This document shows positions 40,374 through 49,900 of a stretch of 64,000 nucleotides of DNA, one piece after another (the stretch's first letter is position 1; every line of letters starts with the position of its first letter). The notes beneath the pieces are model-generated. The model was not told the origin of the DNA. It saw only the letters and a list, made by a program, of their open reading frames with translations, and made no database searches. A program made the translations under genes and the position numbers. Source of the stretch: Sandaracinaceae bacterium (lineage in GTDB: Bacteria; Myxococcota_A; Polyangia; Polyangiales; JAFGIB01); the NCBI GenBank assembly GCA_017881055.1, contig JADGRF010000013.1, positions 75,201-139,200 of the forward strand, in the 5' to 3' direction.

Positions 40374-42146
40374 CTACCGCTCCCATCTGGGAGTGGTAGG
40401 CGGAACGGCAGGCTCGGGAGTGCTGTCCAGTGCGGCCGTGACCGACGCGGCTTGCGCCGAAATCGCCACGATGTCGTCCGGCGTGGGCGTGTCTTGTGCG
40501 AACGCGGTGTGCTCGATTCGCAGCGCGAGTTGCTCGAGGGCCGGCGTTTCCAGGTGTCGGCGGCGCGCATGCCCGAGTGTCTCGCGTGCGGTGGCGACTC
40601 GAGCCGCGCCCCTCGTCGGCAGCACACGGGCGACAATGGGATCGAGCGCATCGAGCGCAAGCACCCGCAAGCTGACCAGCGCGACGCGCAGACTCGAGGC
40701 TTCGCCGGTGTGCGGAATCGAGAGCGATGTGCGCTCGCCTGCATAGCCGGCGGCCGAGATCTCGAGCGCGTACTCGCCCGGCGGGAGAGGCGTGCTCCGA
40801 AAGACGCCGTCTCCATCGATCTCGACTCGAAAGAGCCCGCTGTTCGCCGCGATCAGCGTCACCTCCGCCGCCGTCAGCGGCAGGCCGCTCGTGGCATCCC
40901 GGACCTGTCCCATGACGACCGAGAGGCGGGGCGAACCGCGTTTCTGGGGCGGACCCGCCTGCACACCCGGTAGCGAAGCGCGTTGCGGTGGCGCGTCGAC
41001 GCTGGCCGGACGCGAGCGGCGCGCAAGCCACAGCGCGATCGCGATCGAGAGGACCACCGGCAGCGCCAACCAACTCGGATTTGTGTCTGTGTCTCCGGGC
41101 CATTCGAGGTGCAGCGGTCGCGAGGCGCTCGCCCCGAGCCACGGCGCATCGGGCTCGAAGCGCGCGCTGATCGCGAGGCCGTGACCCGAGCGTTCGAGCG
41201 CCTCGCCAAGCGAGAGCCGACCAGCGAGGCGCCCCTGCGCGTCGGTGAGCAGAGTGGCCGCGTGCGCGCCATCGACGAACACACCGACAGCCTTGTGCGC
41301 CAGCGTGTCGTTCGCGCCCTGCGGCCCGAGGAGAGAGCCGTGCACCAGCACGACATCGGTCGAGCCTGGCGCCCAGCGCGCGAAGAGATCGAGGTGCGTA
41401 TCCAGTTTTCGTAGAATCGAGAGCTCGACGTGCGCAGCAGCGCGACGCGCATCGACCGCGCTCGCGGCCGTCAGCTTGCCTGCGCCCGCGGCACCCGCTC
41501 GTGTCGGTGTCAACAGCGTTCGGAATACGCCGTGGCTGTCAGTTGCACCGCGCGCCAACACGCGACCCAGCTCGTCTCCGAGCTCGACGTGGAGGCCTTC
41601 GGCGCCGACGGCCGAATCGGCACGAACCTCGACGTTGGCCGGTTCCGCTTCGAGGTGCAGTGTAGGGCCGTCCTGCAGCAGGATGCGCAGCGTCACGTCG
41701 GCGAGCGCGAGGTCGATGTCCGCCACGGCTTCGCTGCGCTCGTGAAACTCGTCACCGTCATAACTCGCGTGCACTGCACAGCGCTGTGTTCCCGGAGGCA
41801 GCTCGATCTCGAAGCTGCCTGCAGCGTCCGTGCGCACGATCCGCGTGTCGCTTCCCGTTCCGTCGCTCGCATCGATGCGTACGCGGATCTCGCCCTCGGC
41901 GATCGCCGCGCCCAGGTCGTCGCTGAGCGAACCCTCGACCCTCGGATGGTCGCCCGCGAGACTCACGTGCAGCTGCATACGTGCCGCGGCGCGCACGCGC
42001 AGGATCGGCTCCGCACGCGTCGGCACCGCCCACAGCGAGCTCGCGATACACACGAGCAGCAGCGTCACGCCGCGTGGGTGGGGATGCAGGCGCACCCGCC
42101 TACGTTTCCTCCATTGCGCGGCGTTCGGCAAGTCTGCGATATACAT
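40374..42146 (-). CDS. Exported/membrane hypothetical protein with Ig-like and carboxypeptidase-regulatory-like domains
   Basis: Signal-like N-terminus, TM at about WLALPVVLSIAIALWL, GQVRDATSGLPLTAAEV..GEYALEISAAGY; start uncertain. Confidence 0.6.
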   Translation of the reverse strand: MYIADLPNAAQWRKRRRVRLHPHPRGVTLLLVCIASSLWAVPTRAEPILRVRAAARMQLHVSLAGDHPRVEGSLSDDLGAAIAEGEIRVRIDASDGTGSDTRIVRTDAAGSFEIELPPGTQRCAVHASYDGDEFHERSEAVADIDLALADVTLRILLQDGPTLHLEAEPANVEVRADSAVGAEGLHVELGDELGRVLARGATDSHGVFRTLLTPTRAGAAGAGKLTAASAVDARRAAAHVELSILRKLDTHLDLFARWAPGSTDVVLVHGSLLGPQGANDTLAHKAVGVFVDGAHAATLLTDAQGRLAGRLSLGEALERSGHGLAISARFEPDAPWLGASASRPLHLEWPGDTDTNPSWLALPVVLSIAIALWLARRSRPASVDAPPQRASLPGVQAGPPQKRGSPRLSVVMGQVRDATSGLPLTAAEVTLIAANSGLFRVEIDGDGVFRSTPLPPGEYALEISAAGYAGERTSLSIPHTGEASSLRVALVSLRVLALDALDPIVARVLPTRGAARVATARETLGHARRRHLETPALEQLALRIEHTAFAQDTPTPDDIVAISAQAASVTAALDSTPEPAVPPTTPRWER

Positions 42147-42256
42147 CGAGCTGCACGTGCGCGCGCCTTGTACGCCCGACGACCTGAAGGAAATTGCAAG
42201 ACTGTGCGTCCGAGGAACCAGCACCATCGGCTACTGGCGTTGAGAGAGGTCGTCGA

Positions 42257-43093
42257 ATGCTTGGCATGCTGAACGGACGCGTTGCTTGCGTTTGCATGGC
42301 GATCGCTGCGCTCGTGCTCGTGCTGCCAGCGACGCGTGTGCGCGCCGACGATCCACGTAGCTCGTACCTGATCAAGCTGCTCCAGGGCTCGTCTCAGTTT
42401 CGTGTCCGAGCGCAGGCCGCCATCTCACTCGGCTCGATCGACCCGTCGAGCGCGGTGCGTGAAGCGCTCGGCAACGCGTTGCGTGATTCGCATCCTGCCG
42501 TGCGCGCATCCGCTGCGACGTCGCTCGGTCGCGTTGGCGATCGCTCTTCCGTCGTCGCGCTGCGCGCGCTCGAGCGGGATCCCGAGGAGCCCGTACGCTC
42601 TGCGGCGCGAACCGCCGTCGCGAAGCTCGACGGTAGCGCCACTCAATCGTCGGCGGTGGCATCGACGCCCACGCCCTCCGGACCGGCTCAGTACTACGTA
42701 GCCGTCGCACAGACCGCAACACGCGTGCCGGGCCTCGAGGCGAGCGCGCTCTCGCAGGCGCGGGATTACATCAAGCAGCACATCGCGCAGCTCGACGGGG
42801 TGGTGCTGGCACCCGAGGGCGAGACGTCGGAAACGGCCGATCGCGTCCTGAAGAAGCGCGGTCTCCGCGGGTTCTATATCGACAGCTCGATCATGACCGT
42901 CGAGAAGAAACCTAATGGCGGCACCCGTGTCGCGGTTTCGGTCATTCTCGCGACATATCCGGGCCGGGACATGCGTGCCATCATGCAGGGCGCAGCCACG
43001 GTCAGCGGTGGCGGCCACGACGACTACGCCCAGGCTGTTCAAGGCGCATTCAGTGGAGCGCTGCGGCAGCTGCCGTCGGCCTTGAGTCGATAG
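42257..43093 (+). CDS. Exported HEAT-repeat protein
   Basis: Signal peptide; FRVRAQAAISLG, DSHPAVRASAATSLG, DPEEPVRSAA repeats; GAGAGG RBS. Confidence 0.78.
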   Translation: MLGMLNGRVACVCMAIAALVLVLPATRVRADDPRSSYLIKLLQGSSQFRVRAQAAISLGSIDPSSAVREALGNALRDSHPAVRASAATSLGRVGDRSSVVALRALERDPEEPVRSAARTAVAKLDGSATQSSAVASTPTPSGPAQYYVAVAQTATRVPGLEASALSQARDYIKQHIAQLDGVVLAPEGETSETADRVLKKRGLRGFYIDSSIMTVEKKPNGGTRVAVSVILATYPGRDMRAIMQGAATVSGGGHDDYAQAVQGAFSGALRQLPSALSR

Positions 43094-43199
43094 TTCGCGG
43101 TTCGCACTCCGCGGTTTCACCCGCCGCGCGCACCAAATTGCACGACCCGGTCAATGATATGACAACATCGCAATTCTCACGGTTTCACGAGGTAGCGCC

Positions 43200-43829
43200 A
43201 TGACCGCCGAAGCTCAGCGTCTTTCTCGTTCGCCCAGTTCGGGACCCCAGGGACAGGCCAAGCGCCGGTTCCGCAACTACCTGCTCGTGCCGAGCTTTCA
43301 GTTCAAGTACACCGGGATGGTCGTGGGCGTGACGGTGATCGTGGCGAGTGTGCTCGGCATTCAGGTCTATCGCTTCTCGAAGGGCCAGACCGACGTGATC
43401 ATTGCGCAGAAGATGGTGGGCCCCGAAGGCGAGGAGTTCGCCAAGACGGTCGAGCAGTACAGTGAGGCCGAAGATCGCAAGGTCGCGGCGAGCATCGCTG
43501 TCGGCGTGCTGTTCATGGCGTTGGCGCTCGGTCTGACTGGCATCGTGATCACGCACAAGCTCGTGGGTCCGGCCTATCGCCTCAAGACCATGCTGCGCGA
43601 AGTCCGCGACGGACACTTGAAGGTTCAGGGCCGACTGCGCAAAGGCGACGAGCTGCAGGACATCTTCGAAGCGTTCCACGAAATGATCGCGAGCTTGCGC
43701 GCCGCGCAGCAAAAAGAGGTCGATCTGCTGAACGACGCGATCGCGCGTGCCAAGTCGGTTGGCATACCGCCCGAAGCGATCGCAGAGGTCGAGCAAGTCC
43801 GCGATCGCATGAAGTCCGCGTTGGACTGA
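43200..43829 (+). CDS. Two-TM HAMP-domain protein without an output domain
   Basis: RRFRNYLL..FQFKY, two TM helices, THKLVGP..RKGDELQD HAMP. Confidence 0.75.
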   Translation: MTAEAQRLSRSPSSGPQGQAKRRFRNYLLVPSFQFKYTGMVVGVTVIVASVLGIQVYRFSKGQTDVIIAQKMVGPEGEEFAKTVEQYSEAEDRKVAASIAVGVLFMALALGLTGIVITHKLVGPAYRLKTMLREVRDGHLKVQGRLRKGDELQDIFEAFHEMIASLRAAQQKEVDLLNDAIARAKSVGIPPEAIAEVEQVRDRMKSALD

Positions 43830-43848
43830 ACGAGCCTGCGGCTCTGCG

Positions 43849-44235
43849 CTAGAACGCGCCTTCGTAGTACTCGATGCGCGGTTCTTCACGATCGAATACG
43901 ACCGCTGCGGCATCGAAGCGAACGTCGACCCCGCCCAGCTTGGCTTGGCGCAGCCACGTCGCTGCTGCGCGGCGAATGCGCTCGACCTTGCGCGTATCGA
44001 TCGACTGCGCAGGTGACATGAACGCGTCGCTCGTCCGACCGCGCACCTCGCAGAAGACGACCAGGTCCCGGCGGCGCGCGACGATGTCGATCTCCAGGCG
44101 ACCGACGCGCAGGTTGCGCGCGATCAGCTGGAAGCCGTTGCGCTGCAGATGCGATGCGACCAGCGCCTCGGCTCGGCGACCGAGCCCGGCACGCGCATCG
44201 ATGCTCCGGAGTTCATCAGGCGGCCTACCGGACAT
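43849..44235 (-). CDS. yraN: YraN (UPF0102) family nuclease-like protein
   Basis: G..AE......GFQLIARNLR....EIDIVA......FCEVR, VRFD. Confidence 0.92.
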   Translation of the reverse strand: MSGRPPDELRSIDARAGLGRRAEALVASHLQRNGFQLIARNLRVGRLEIDIVARRRDLVVFCEVRGRTSDAFMSPAQSIDTRKVERIRRAAATWLRQAKLGGVDVRFDAAAVVFDREEPRIEYYEGAF

Positions 44236-44262
44236 GACAGCATGCTCGATAGGCGTGCCAGA

Positions 44263-44793
44263 CTACTTCGTTCCGGTGGATTTGGAGAAGGTGCCGTCGC
44301 GCAAGCAGTAGCTGCCACGCACGCCGGGGCCGCCTTGCGTGAGCACTTCTTGGCACGAGAAGCCGGTGGGGCACTGGCAGGCCGCGAAACCGGGGCCGCC
44401 GCCGCCGCAACGGCACGAGCAATAGACGCGGCTCTCGACGCAGTTGTCCCCGGGCATGCCCGGGCACGTGGCCTGCGGGCATACCTTCTCGACGCAGGTC
44501 TTGTCGCCCTTCGCGCAGCTCACTGGGACGCAGCCTTCGTGAGGGTCGCCATTCAGGTGATAGACGAGGCAGACGCGAGTCGCGCACTGCACCGAGCTGG
44601 ACTCGACGTAGGACTCGTTGAGGCTGAATCCGGTCGCGGGGATCTGTTCCGGGAGACACGGATCGCCAACTCCGGCGTTTGAGCAACCTTGGAGAGAGAG
44701 ACCCAGCAGAGGGGCTCCCAGTAGCAGCATGACCAGCGGCGCCGCGCAGAGAGCTTCCGCTCTGCGCGGCGAGAAAAAGCGGTAGAACCTCAC
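44263..44793 (-). CDS. Cys-rich lipoprotein, CglC/AgmO(GltK)-like
   Basis: Lipobox LQGC; G.PC..SVQC...VC..YCS.C spacing resembles CglC from recall; lies divergent from gltC. Confidence 0.55.
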   Translation of the reverse strand: MRFYRFFSPRRAEALCAAPLVMLLLGAPLLGLSLQGCSNAGVGDPCLPEQIPATGFSLNESYVESSSVQCATRVCLVYHLNGDPHEGCVPVSCAKGDKTCVEKVCPQATCPGMPGDNCVESRVYCSCRCGGGGPGFAACQCPTGFSCQEVLTQGGPGVRGSYCLRDGTFSKSTGTK

Positions 44794-45246
44794 AGCGATC
44801 CTCTTTTCGGCGTCTCAGCGCAGTTGTTGCCAAGCGCTCGCCAAAATCGCGAGCGGTGGGTCAAGGTGAGCAATTCGCGGACAACGCTACGTTGCGCGCA
44901 AAGCGGAAGTCAATTCGAATCTCGTCTTCATTGCTTAGCAGATGACAGATGCTGTCGTTTAAGTGAGAGCTAGCATCGGCGGGATCCATTGTGGACGGTT
45001 GTGTGATATCAGCGCATCGGAAGCTGGGCGATCCTTGCACACAACGGCGTTTTCCCTTGACAATTCGATTTTTAGCTTTCTATGATGGCCCCCGCTCCGG
45101 TCCGTAACCCATCGAATTTGCATATATTTTCGGTTTTCGGGGGGCGCGGACGGCGCGGACGCGACGGACGGACCGGACGAACCAAGCTTCAGCCTCTTCG
45201 GGAAAGACTCACCCACAGTCGTCAGTAGGACGATGGAGATACGCGG

Positions 45247-46986
45247 ATGTGCAGAAACCGAACACGTTGGTCGCTACTGACATACCCGCAGAGCAGCCGC
45301 TGGCTCTCTGCGGCGGTGACATACCCGCAGAGCAGCCGCTGGCTTTCTGCGGCGGTGACATACGCCGCACTGGCGCTCGTGGGCATTTCCGCGCCGGCCT
45401 TTGCGCAAGACATGCAGTTCGGCGTCGAGGAAACCGGCGCCGCGCCTTCGGGTCCGCCGGGTGAGGGCCCGCCCTCCGAGGCGCTCGCGAACGCGCTGCG
45501 TCTCTACACGCAGGAGCGCTATCCCGAGGCCTCGGTGCAGTTCCAGCGCGTAGTCGAAGGCGAAACGCCCGACGCGCCTGCCAACGTGCAGAAGTCGCAG
45601 TTCTTCTTGGGCAAGTGTCTCTACCATTTACACTACTACCAGTCGGCGCTCGCGGTGTTCGACGAGATCTCGGAGCAGGGCCGCAAGCATGTGTTCTTCG
45701 ATCAAACGCTGCAGTGGCTCGCGCAGCTAGCGTCGCAGCTGCCAGAGCCCGCAGGCATCATCGACAAGATTGGCCGCTTCGGTGTCGATCAGCTCGAGCA
45801 GTTCAACACGGCAGACAACGCCGATCTGTACAACCAGCTGCTGTATTTGATGGGTCGCTCGAAGTACAACCAGGGCGAGTTCGACAAGGCGATCGAGCTG
45901 TTCGAGAAGATCGACAAGCGTAACAAGTGGTACATCAAGGGCCGCTTCTTCGAGGGCATCTCGTACATCCGTATGCGCAAGGCGCAGCCGGCTGCCACGG
46001 CGTTCCGTTCGATCATCGATGCGATCGACGACGGTGACGTCGATGGCGTGGACGATGCAGAGCGCATGCGCGACCTCGGCTGGATCTCGCTCGCTCGCGT
46101 CTATTACACGGCGGCGAACAAGACGACGCCCGAGGGCGAGCGCAAGGTCGACGGCGTGTTACTCGGCAACGCGGTCGAGGCCTGGACGAAGATCGACAAC
46201 GACAGCGAGTACTGGCTGGACTCGCTGTTCGAAGCTTCGTGGGCCTTCTTCCTCGCGGACGAATACTCGCGTGCGCTTGGCAACGTGCACACGTTGAACT
46301 CACCGTACTTCAAGGGCTCGTTCTATCCGGAAGCGACCGTGCTCAAGGCCGTGGTCTTCTTCTCGAACTGCCAGATGAAGAACGCGACCGCGACGATCCA
46401 GTACTTCCATGAGCACTACGATCCGGTGAAGACGAAGCTCGACGAGATGCTCGCCAAATACAAAGACAACGCGCAGTTCTTCGAATTCTTGAAGAAAGTG
46501 CGTTCCGGCGATGCGAACTTGCCGCAGGAAGTGCGCGGCATCGTCACGTCGGCGCTGTCGGATCGTTCGGTGCTCGCGAACCTCGAGTACGTGACGTTGC
46601 TCGAGCAGGAAGAGAAGACGCTCAGCAAGTCGCCGTCGCAGTTCTCCAGCTCGTCGCTGGGCGCGCGCATCTTGCAGGACATCCTGGTCGCGAAGTCGTT
46701 CGCGGTCGACCAGGCCGGTGACACGGCCAAGGCTCGCTACAACCGCTTGATCGACGAGATGCAGGATCTCGCGAACCAGGCGGATACGGTCGAGATCGAA
46801 ATCCTCAACTACGAGCGTGGCGAGATGAAAGCCTCGCTCGCGGAATCGCAAGCTGCTGCCGGTCAGTCGACCGGTGGCAAGGTCTTCGTCTCCTCGGAGC
46901 ACAACGTTTGGCCGTTCAACGGCGAATATTGGCGCGACGAGCTCGGCTACTACCGTCAGGAAGTCACTTACCAGTGCAGAAGGTAA
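45247..46986 (+). CDS. gltC: Adventurous gliding motility TPR protein GltC
   Basis: GGAG RBS; signal peptide (lengthened by a repeat insertion); TPRs; C-terminal WPFNGEYWRDELGYY; context. Confidence 0.72.
   Translation: MCRNRTRWSLLTYPQSSRWLSAAVTYPQSSRWLSAAVTYAALALVGISAPAFAQDMQFGVEETGAAPSGPPGEGPPSEALANALRLYTQERYPEASVQFQRVVEGETPDAPANVQKSQFFLGKCLYHLHYYQSALAVFDEISEQGRKHVFFDQTLQWLAQLASQLPEPAGIIDKIGRFGVDQLEQFNTADNADLYNQLLYLMGRSKYNQGEFDKAIELFEKIDKRNKWYIKGRFFEGISYIRMRKAQPAATAFRSIIDAIDDGDVDGVDDAERMRDLGWISLARVYYTAANKTTPEGERKVDGVLLGNAVEAWTKIDNDSEYWLDSLFEASWAFFLADEYSRALGNVHTLNSPYFKGSFYPEATVLKAVVFFSNCQMKNATATIQYFHEHYDPVKTKLDEMLAKYKDNAQFFEFLKKVRSGDANLPQEVRGIVTSALSDRSVLANLEYVTLLEQEEKTLSKSPSQFSSSSLGARILQDILVAKSFAVDQAGDTAKARYNRLIDEMQDLANQADTVEIEILNYERGEMKASLAESQAAAGQSTGGKVFVSSEHNVWPFNGEYWRDELGYYRQEVTYQCRR
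45279..45363 (+). repeat. Two tandem 39-nt palindromic elements (family 1) plus a terminal GACATAC, in frame in the gltC signal peptide
   Basis: GACATACCCGCAGAGCAGCCGCTGGCTYTCTGCGGCGGT x2, then GACATAC; encodes TYPQSSRWLSAAV x2. Confidence 0.9.
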
Positions 46987-46988
46987 TC

Positions 46989-49900
46989 ATGGGACGAAAG
47001 CCATTTTCGGATCTGCTCGCGGCCTGCGTGCTCGCGCTCGGCGTCTCCGCCGCTGCGTCGGCCGCGCCGCACGGCGTGAATACGGCGTCCGCCGCGCCGA
47101 AGAAGAACAGCAGCAAAGCCAGCAGCGGCAAGGCGAGCTCCAGCTCCTCGTCTGGCAGCAGTGGCAGTAGCGCTGCGGCTCCCGGCGAGAACGAGTCCGA
47201 CGCCGATGAAAGCAAGGACGTCTCGGCCACGATGGCGGGCAAGGGCGACATCTGCATCGCGCCCGACGCGCCGAAGCGTGTCGCTGCGTGCCCGAAGAAC
47301 ACGCCCAAGGCGCAAAAGGGCAAGGGCGGCGCGCCCAGCTCGAAGCTGCAGGAGGCCAAGCGTAAGGTCGAGCAGCCGAAGGGCTTCAAGGCGACCGGTC
47401 CGTCGATCGAGCTCGACGTCGCCACGCTGCGCAACAAGGAACAGACCGAGCGCAAGGCAAAGGATTTGTTGTTGCGCGAGATTCAGGTCACCGGACGCCT
47501 GATCAAGAACACCCGCGTCAACGATGCGCGTCGCCCGGACTTCCTCTTGCGCTTGGCGGAGGGTTACTTCGAGCTCGTGCAGGTCGCGACGACCGACGTG
47601 CGCAAGATGGACGAGCCGATCCATCAGGCGTGTCAGGCCAAGAAGAGCAAGGGCGACTGCAGCTCGCTCATGAAGAAGCAGAAGGACGCCGAGACTGCGT
47701 TGCAGGAAGTGCGTGAGAAGAACATCACGACACTCGCGACGCTGGTGAAGGATCACCCCGACTACAAGAAGATGGACGAAGTCCTCTTCTCGCTCGGCTT
47801 CTCGCTCGACGAGATGAAGCAGTTCGATCGTGCGCGGCAGGTGTACCACCGCCTGATCAAGAGCTACCCGCAGAGCGATTACATCCCGAACGCGTACCTG
47901 TCGTTCGCGGAGTACTACTTCCAGCAGGGCGACATGAAGGCCGCCCAGCAGTTTTACCAGAAGGTCACGGAGATCCCGCCGGAGAAGAACAAGGTCTACG
48001 GCTACGCGATCTACAAGCAGGCTTGGTGTTACTACAACCTCGAAGACTTCAAGTCGTCGTTGCAGAGCTTCATCGAGACGATCGAATTCGGCACCAAGAA
48101 CCCCGAATCGCCGAACGTCGAGAACCTCGTCAAGCAGTCGCGTAAAGAGCTCGTGATGCCGTACGCGCAGATCGGCAGCCCCGAACGCGCGCTCGACTTC
48201 TTCAAGCGCTACGCAAAGGACGACGATCAGGCCTACGGCATGTTCGAGACCCTCGGCGAGCTGTACTTCGACACGGGCAAGTGGCCCGAGGTCATCGCGG
48301 TCTATCACGGGCTGATGGCCGAGAAGTCGAGCGACGACAAGGTCTGCTTCTGGCAGACCCGCGTCACCAACGCGATCGTGTCGTCGAAGCCGAAGGCTCA
48401 GCAGGTCACCGAAGTCGAACGCATGATCGACCTCTGGGAGACGTACAACGGCCAGGCGACTCACAAGGAAGACGCGAAGAAGATCTGCAAGCAGGCAGCT
48501 GCCTCGGTGCTGATCGACCTTGCTACGGCGTGGCACCGAGAAGCGATCGGTACCGATACGCAGCCGGGCACGAACGACCGCGGCACGATGGAGCTGGCGT
48601 CGAAGCTCTACCGGCTGTTGCTCAAGAGCTTCCCCGACATGGAGTCGATGGAGTTCCCGGACATCGACAAGCGCGACTGGCCGACCGAGTACAAGGTCGC
48701 GTACTTCTACGCCGAGCTTCTCTGGAAGATGGAGAACTGGGGCGAGTGCGGACCCGCATTCGACAAGGTGCTCGAGGTCAATCCGCAGGGCGAGTTCACC
48801 TCCGACGCCGCGTACGCTGCCGTGCTTTGCTACAACAAGCAGTACGCCAGCGCGTACGCAGCGGACGAGAAGAGCGTCCGTGGCAAGTCGGCCGACAAGG
48901 GCAGCGGCAAGGGTAAGAAGGGCAAGAAGGAGTCCGACGCCGACAAGGCGGCGGAGTTCAAGGCTCGCGAGTTCACCCAGACCGAGCAGGGCATGCTGAA
49001 CGCCTTCCAGCGTTACGTGTGCTTCGTGCCGGATAGCGAAGACTTGCTGCAGATCAAGTATCGCCGCGCGCGCGTCTACTACGAGACCAACCACTTCGAA
49101 GAAGCATCGGTCTTGTTCAAGGAGATTGCGTTCAACGGCAAGGACACGGACCTCGGCGTCTACGCTGCCAACCTGTACATGGACTCGCTGAACATGATCG
49201 GCTCGTACAGCGATCCGAAGCGGCCCAAGTGCTACGACGAGATGAACGACAACATCGAGCCGCTGTTCGGTTTGTATTGTGCGACGCCGGAGAAGCACGA
49301 ATCGAACGCCGAGCTCTGCAACGTGCTCGAGCAGTTGCGCTGCGACTTGTTGCGTAAGAAGGCGGAAGCGCTTCAGAGCAACAAGGAGTTCAAGGCGGCC
49401 GCGACGGTGTACGTCTCGATCTTCCGTAAGTTTCGCGAGTGCGGAAAGCTGGACGAGGTTCTGTTCAACTCGTCTATCAACTTCGAAGCGGCGCGCCTTC
49501 TGGGTCGCGCGATCAAGGTTCGTAAGGTCTTGATCGACAAGTACCCGAACAGCGAGTGGTCGAAGCGCGCGTTGTACTTGATTGGCGCGAACTTCCACGC
49601 TCTGGCCATCTACGACACCGCAGCGGACTACTACGAGCAGTTCGCGACGAAGTATCCGAGCGAAGACGGCAAGACCTGTTCGGACGCCGAGAAGTCGGCC
49701 GGCACGTGCACCGTCGCGCATGAAGCGTTGCAGAACGCGATCTTCTTCCGCCTCGGTTTGGGCGACGAGGAGAAAGCCGTCGAAGACGCGAAGACCTACG
49801 AGCGCAACTACTCGCACAAGTTCCCGCGCGAAACGTCGCAAGTGAAGTACTCGCTGGGCTCGATCTACGAGCGGCAGCAGGACTGGAACAAGGTCATCAC

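Noticed and set aside
43832-43845. GAGCC-TGC-GGCTC mini-hairpin between convergent genes
   Set aside because: It lacks the bulged C and outer stem of family 1 and is too short to assign.
45279-45363. CRISPR-array interpretation of the tandem palindromes here and at 54977-55070
   Set aside because: The units are directly adjacent with no unique spacers, there are only two per locus, and no cas genes are in the window.
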